DNA of 64,000 bases from Deltaproteobacteria bacterium (GTDB taxonomy: Bacteria > Myxococcota_A > Polyangia > Fen-1088): contig JANRKS010000021.1 in NCBI GenBank assembly GCA_033763315.1, forward strand, positions 64,001 to 128,000. Reading direction: 5' to 3'. Position 1 is the first letter of the stretch. Each line of letters begins with the position of its first letter. The notes beneath the pieces were generated by a model, which saw nothing but the letters and a program-made list of their open reading frames with translations, ran no database searches and was not told the DNA's origin. A program made the translations under genes and the position numbers. Below are positions 60,101 through 64,000 of the stretch, piece after piece.

Positions 60101-61221
60101 CCGAACGTCACCAAAGAAGACCCTGACAGCAACACCTGCGCCTCGCCGCCCCACCGGGCCACCACCTCTTGCAAACGTTTGGCTTCATCGGGCCGGGTGT
60201 CAGCCTGTGGCCCGGGGCCCACCATCAACACCATCACAGGGCGCGCTTCACGCGCACCCAACGACTTGGATGCAACCGGCTGCGCAGGCAACGTCCCCAC
60301 AGATTCAGCCACGGCGCGCAGTTGCGCTGCCAACGCCAGAGCGTCGGCCGGCCGATCCTCTGGCGCGCGCGACAACATGCGCGACACCACAGGCGGTAGG
60401 CCCGAGGGCAATACGTCCAACACGTCGGCGGGCACCACCGAATCAGCCAAAGCCAGTTTCGCCAAGCCCGCTGAACCTGCCCCCGCAAACACGGGGCGAC
60501 CGGTGATGCACTCAACGAGCACACACCCCACGGCGAACACATCGGCGCGACCGTCGAGCTCCTTCTGCCCCAACGCTTGTTCGGGCGCCATATAAAGCGG
60601 CGTGCCCATCACCTGCCCCGTCAACGTGCGCATCCACCCGTGAACTTCACGTGCCACGCCGAAATCCAACAACTTTGCCTGCGCAAGATCGCCACCCGGC
60701 AGGAACACGTTCGAGGGCTTAAAGTCGCGGTGAACCACGCCTCGTGCGTGCGCGGAGCCGAGCGCATCCAACATGCGCGCCATCACCAGGCATGCGTGCG
60801 CAGGCTCAAGTGGCCCGTGGTTCAAACGTTCGCGCAGGTTTTCACCCGCCAGCAGTTCCATCACCAAGTACGGCGCGCCCGCTGCTGTAAGCCCATGGTC
60901 CAGATACTTCACGATGGCGGCGTGCCGCAGCGATGCCAGCACACGCGCTTCACGTTCAAACATCTGCGACGTATGAACGTCCACTTGGGCCGCCGTCTTC
61001 ACCGCGACCAAAGCGCCCGACACACGATCGCGCGCACGGAACACCACGCCGCCCCCGCCAGAGCCGATCACAGCGAGGATCTGGTAGCGATCACCCAAGA
61101 CATCACCCCGCGTCGATGCAGCATCGACGTCGCGGCGAAGCTCGGCGACCGGCCCGACCTGCGTGGTGTCGTCCGGCTCGGAAGCGGTGGGAGGTGGGGG
61201 AGGGTGCCCCATGTGTGGCAT
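57163..61221 (-). CDS. Ser/Thr protein kinase - degenerate cyclase-like domain - STAND/AAA ATPase - TPR protein
   Basis: GSGGGGVV, VAVK, HRDFKPSN, DFG, GTPLYMAPEQ; FVGRERE, Walker A APAGAGKS, Walker B LEDLHW, GNPFFLEE, FRHALV; helical repeats. ORF is open to 61257. Confidence 0.92.
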   Translation of the reverse strand: MPHMGHPPPPPTASEPDDTTQVGPVAELRRDVDAASTRGDVLGDRYQILAVIGSGGGGVVFRARDRVSGALVAVKTAAQVDVHTSQMFEREARVLASLRHAAIVKYLDHGLTAAGAPYLVMELLAGENLRERLNHGPLEPAHACLVMARMLDALGSAHARGVVHRDFKPSNVFLPGGDLAQAKLLDFGVAREVHGWMRTLTGQVMGTPLYMAPEQALGQKELDGRADVFAVGCVLVECITGRPVFAGAGSAGLAKLALADSVVPADVLDVLPSGLPPVVSRMLSRAPEDRPADALALAAQLRAVAESVGTLPAQPVASKSLGAREARPVMVLMVGPGPQADTRPDEAKRLQEVVARWGGEAQVLLSGSSLVTFGVGGARELAVRAARAALELRSVLAGRAMALALGRATVEGRVLVGAAIDETTRLVALSPAAASSAMGEAVAVYVDADTAELLSEQFSVLLQQTEAGAAYQLVGEIGANASSRLVMGRQVPFVGRERELRSLEALVTECFDEPRCGAALILAPAGAGKSRLRRELLRRLQEEDDVLLPLVGVADAFRAGAPYEILGAAFKQAAQVVATDSPGQQSAKLEDFLALSAPTLAGPDRARVWAFLGEIAGLETPSHLIPLVLAARQDPRTMADQVRVAWLDWLAAALMNSRVLLVLEDLHWGDAPSIALVDAAMKAYRTMPLVVMAFARPEVNARFPNLWRDTADRITLSPLRARAARELIKAVLPELSDERAQALIERADGNPFFLEELVRVEAVHGGGAGHATPPTVLAAVQGRLDQVGDAGKRVLRAASVFGEGFVAGGVAALLPAELRADVVEWLDVLSNAELIMSPDVRTSTGEVNPYDERWQFRHALVKDAAYDTLTDVDRRVGHKLAAFYLQDCGERDGVVLASHFERAGETQAALVQWRVAAEQALDASDFEGVFDRCARAHALGPQDEELGRLHLVACRAHMYRGDWPAGEEAARKALEWLRGDLHLEALRELTISLGHQQKFDLMRQSHQQLLDCQSDDGASHQWTYAVLQASGFFLFLNEPLVVISVLENVREVALGGDLRLRAMWYSLRTHLHLILGKAQQSIDDARRALELFHIVGDLRESCGVLNNLVCTLTDVGQLQEAEKAARDLIALSRRLGGHYTLLMGQVNLAATLLCRRQNAEARQMVEEALAGGDGQNDPRVVGFCSILLAQAALAEERGDLALARAEEAVSHLAKTPSLLFTAEAALARALLMVGRGKDARIYAESAVATLRRLGGAEHAEFLVWLAGVECLRAEGDMAQAREVAAEALVALEKRLSVLQSQDDRERVLASLPDVGLLARQAHSLGLKFPAIPEPRSPHVHLKTGTDWIRGES

Positions 61222-61428
61222 CGGGTTACCACAAGCAAGGCCAGAACGCCTGTTCATTCTTGCTCCAAAGCGTCACCGTCCTTACGACGGCTATCAGCGC
61301 GCATCGCCCAGAGCACACCGCGTCATGAGCGAAGCCAGGTCCAAATTTGCCCGAAGTCCCCATAACCGTTCGGTTTCTACGCGGATGCGCGCCAAACCTC
61401 ACGCGAGTCGTGGCACACTGGCGACATC

Positions 61429-61806
61429 GTGAGCGCTCAGCTTGACATCGAACGCCTGCGGGCGGATTTGCACAAACTGCGGGACGCCCTGCTGGCTGAG
61501 GGGGACCTGCCCATCGAACCAGCCACGGACAAAACCGACGACGACGAAGCGCCTCTGGCCGAGATGAACCAGGTCATCGCTTCCAAGCGGAACGCTGAAC
61601 GTGCCGCCACCCTCAAGCGGATCGCGGCGGCATTGACCAGGCTCGAAAATGACCCTGACGACTTCGGTAACTGCGTGGAATGCGGCGATCCCATCGGCAA
61701 GCGCCTCCTGGCCCTGCCCTACGTCGACCTTTGCCTGCAATGCCAAGAAGAACAAGACGGCTCACCCAAAGCCGGTCGGCGGCGCCACTTGATGGACTTT
61801 CGCTAA
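61429..61806 (+). CDS. TraR/DksA C4-type zinc finger protein
   Basis: Coiled coil, then FGNCVECGDPI..RL.ALP...LCLQCQ. Confidence 0.88.
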   Translation: MSAQLDIERLRADLHKLRDALLAEGDLPIEPATDKTDDDEAPLAEMNQVIASKRNAERAATLKRIAAALTRLENDPDDFGNCVECGDPIGKRLLALPYVDLCLQCQEEQDGSPKAGRRRHLMDFR

Positions 61807-61812
61807 ACGCTC

Positions 61813-63117
61813 ATGCCCGCGTCCCAAGAGTTCGACCCGCTGGCGGGACGCAGTTCATTGCGCGCCGGCTTGAACTTGCTGGGCATCGAACGGCTGGCGT
61901 TGACGATCTACAACACCGCTTTTCCATCACTGTCCGAAGAAGAGCTGGGTTGTGGCTCGCCCTATAGCCACGGTGGCCACGCCTTCATGCGTTTCGCCCA
62001 TGAGCTCGGCTTTGATACTTTGATCTTGGGCCCTCAAGGCCAAACACACGCCACGCAGCGTTCGCCTTACGCGGGATGCGCCTTCTTCCGCAACCTGCTG
62101 GCGGTGGCGCCGTTGCCGTTGACCTCGCCGCGGCTCAACCTGCTGTCGCAGACGCACCTGCAACGTTTGGTGCGCGGCGCCCCGGTGAGCCAGGGCGGCG
62201 CGGCGCTTGATCGCGTCGACTTTGCGTATGCGTGGAACAGCGCCCGCGGTCTGCTCGACGGTGCGGTTGCTGGTTTGTCGCAAGCGAGCGAAGCCTTGGT
62301 CCCCATGCAAGCTGCCTTTCGTACTTACGTGCAGGAACAGCTAACGACGGGCTCGTGGCTGGAACGCGGCTGTTTGTTTTCAGCCTTGGCGGAAACACGC
62401 GGCACCGACGACTGGGCACGATGGCCAGAAGCCGATCGTCATCTGTATCGTGACGTCGAAGCTTCGAGAGGCGGAAAACGCATTTCAGGTCTGCTGCAAA
62501 GCCTGAAGAAACCCGTTGAACAAGCTGCTTTGGGGCAATTTCTGCTGCAGTGGCAGCACAGCGATCTGGAGCGAGAAGCGCGCTCGCTGGGATTGGCGCT
62601 ATGGACGGAGGTGAACGCAAGCCTTTTGCCGCAAAGCCTGCAGGACGCGTGGGCGTACGGTGAACATTTGCCCTCTTTACAAAGCCGGATTCAGCATTGG
62701 CAGGATCACTTCGACGGCGTGCAGGTCGTGGACGTGGAAAACAGCGGCACGGCGAAGTTCGTAAGCACCACGGCCGTGGATGAACCGCCTGTGTGGTCGC
62801 GCGCGGCAAGCGCACAAAGCGCCGAGGAAGAAGCGGCGAAAACATTCGCTGCAGGCCACACCCACGTCGCCGTTCTGTTCACGGATCTGTTTGGCCTCAA
62901 GGATTCCTATGCCGGATCGACAGCGCCGGCCGAAGCGCGCTTCGCGCTGCGCGTTCCCGCCGACTACGCGCGCACTTATCCCGCCAACGCGCGTGCAACA
63001 GCCGCACTCGATCTGAGACGTGTGGTTGCACTGGCCTTGCGCTCAAAGGTTCATAACAACGCCTCATCGGCCCTCGCCACGGCCCTCATGGCCGAAGCCG
63101 CACACGCACCGTTTTAG
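61813..63117 (+). CDS. 4-alpha-glucanotransferase (GH77/MalQ)-like protein, shortened and degenerate
   Basis: LGPQG...SPY....F.N, DW..WP, QFL...Q, FTDLFG; canonical RIDH nucleophile motif not seen. Confidence 0.6.
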   Translation: MPASQEFDPLAGRSSLRAGLNLLGIERLALTIYNTAFPSLSEEELGCGSPYSHGGHAFMRFAHELGFDTLILGPQGQTHATQRSPYAGCAFFRNLLAVAPLPLTSPRLNLLSQTHLQRLVRGAPVSQGGAALDRVDFAYAWNSARGLLDGAVAGLSQASEALVPMQAAFRTYVQEQLTTGSWLERGCLFSALAETRGTDDWARWPEADRHLYRDVEASRGGKRISGLLQSLKKPVEQAALGQFLLQWQHSDLEREARSLGLALWTEVNASLLPQSLQDAWAYGEHLPSLQSRIQHWQDHFDGVQVVDVENSGTAKFVSTTAVDEPPVWSRAASAQSAEEEAAKTFAAGHTHVAVLFTDLFGLKDSYAGSTAPAEARFALRVPADYARTYPANARATAALDLRRVVALALRSKVHNNASSALATALMAEAAHAPF

Positions 63118-63161
63118 CCACACCCCTGGTGCGGCCCATGGCCTTGTGACACAACTGCCGC

Positions 63162-64000
63162 ATGAAGATTGTGTTGCTTGATGCCTTCACAGCTGATCAA
63201 GGGCGCTCGCCGTGGCCGGGTTTGCAGAACCTCGGTACCGTTGCCAACCACCCGCGCGTGGGCAACGCCGACATCGCTTCGCTTTGTGCGGGCGCAGAAG
63301 CGATCATCACAAATAAGGCGGTGATCACAGCCGATGTCATGCAGCGTTTGCAGCCCACGTTGCGCTACGTGGGCGTCAGCGCCACAGGCACCAACATCGT
63401 GGACGTGGCAGCGGCACGCAAACTCAACATCGCGGTCACAAACGTGCCGGGCTATTCGTCGCCCTCGGTGGCACAGCTCACGATCGCGCTCATGCTCTCG
63501 CTGTCGCTCGATGTGGCCGGTCACGCCAGCGCCGTCAAAGGCGGCGCGTGGGCCAGCAGCCCCGACTTCTGCTTCTTTTTGCGGCCCCTCCCCGAGTGGT
63601 CAGGCAAAACGATCATGATTGTTGGCCTGGGTGCCATCGGACAAGCTGTGGCCACCGTGGCGGAGGCGCTAGGCATGCGTGTCTTGGCCGCCGCCGTGCC
63701 AGGCGCCCCCGAGAAATCTGGGCGCGTGCCGTTGCTGGAGAACCTTCGGCATGCGGATGTGGTGAGCCTGCATTGCCCATTGACCCCCGCCACAGATCGC
63801 TTGGTCAATAAAGCCTTTCTCAACGCGATGAAGCCGGGCGCTTTATTGCTGAACACCAGCCGCGGCGGCTTGGTGGATGAAGCCGCGCTGTTGGACGCCC
63901 TCGACGAAGGGCACTTGGGCGGCGTTGGCCTCGATGTGCTTGGCACCGAACCACCAGCCCCCGATCATCCGCTGCTCAACAGCCACGCCCCCTGGGCGCC
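63162..64000 (+). CDS. D-2-hydroxyacid dehydrogenase (glycerate dehydrogenase/HprA-like); runs off the right edge
   Basis: Manual translation from ATG 63162: MKIVLLD..ITNK..ATGTNIVD..NVPGYS..GLGAIG..SLHCPLT..NTSRGGLVDE..LDVL..EPP. Confidence 0.9.
   Translation, partial: MKIVLLDAFTADQGRSPWPGLQNLGTVANHPRVGNADIASLCAGAEAIITNKAVITADVMQRLQPTLRYVGVSATGTNIVDVAAARKLNIAVTNVPGYSSPSVAQLTIALMLSLSLDVAGHASAVKGGAWASSPDFCFFLRPLPEWSGKTIMIVGLGAIGQAVATVAEALGMRVLAAAVPGAPEKSGRVPLLENLRHADVVSLHCPLTPATDRLVNKAFLNAMKPGALLLNTSRGGLVDEAALLDALDEGHLGGVGLDVLGTEPPAPDHPLLNSHAPWA

Overview
GC-rich bacterial DNA whose gene content (Cys-rich lipoproteins, FHA-sigma54 activator, kinase-STAND-TPR protein, type I PKS) suggests Myxococcota; this is inference. 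The window has four parts. (1) 1-7.9 kb is mostly housekeeping: an exported Ppx/GppA-like protein, RecQ, a DEAD-box helicase, MscS-cNMP and an SRPBCC protein. (2) 7.9-40.1 kb is a ~32 kb glycolipid-like cluster: two MMPL exporters, several glycosyltransferases, a nonulosonic-acid-type operon (NeuB, KdsC-like, SpsF-like, split transketolase, class III aminotransferase, SDR, candidate sialyltransferase), a lipid hydroxylase, and a KS-AT-ACP-KR-DH PKS fused to a serine-palmitoyltransferase-like domain, flanked by a reductase and an E2-like acyltransferase. It may make a ganglioside-like glycosphingolipid. (3) 45.4-61.2 kb is a candidate peptide export/signalling system: an HlyD + C39-peptidase ABC + second ABC operon; a 134-aa precursor with six KAGG-Lxxx-NHNR cassettes behind a sigma54-like promoter and 10-bp phased repeats; a divergent FHA-sigma54 activator with GAHSQA in place of GAFTGA; and a convergent Ser/Thr kinase-STAND-TPR gene. 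(4) The rest holds a surface lipoprotein, amt, TauE, a 2H phosphoesterase, DksA/TraR, a degenerate MalQ and a 2-hydroxyacid dehydrogenase. No rRNA, tRNA, CRISPR array or mobile element was seen. All calls come from reading motifs; no database searches were run, and several starts were adjusted from the ORF track.
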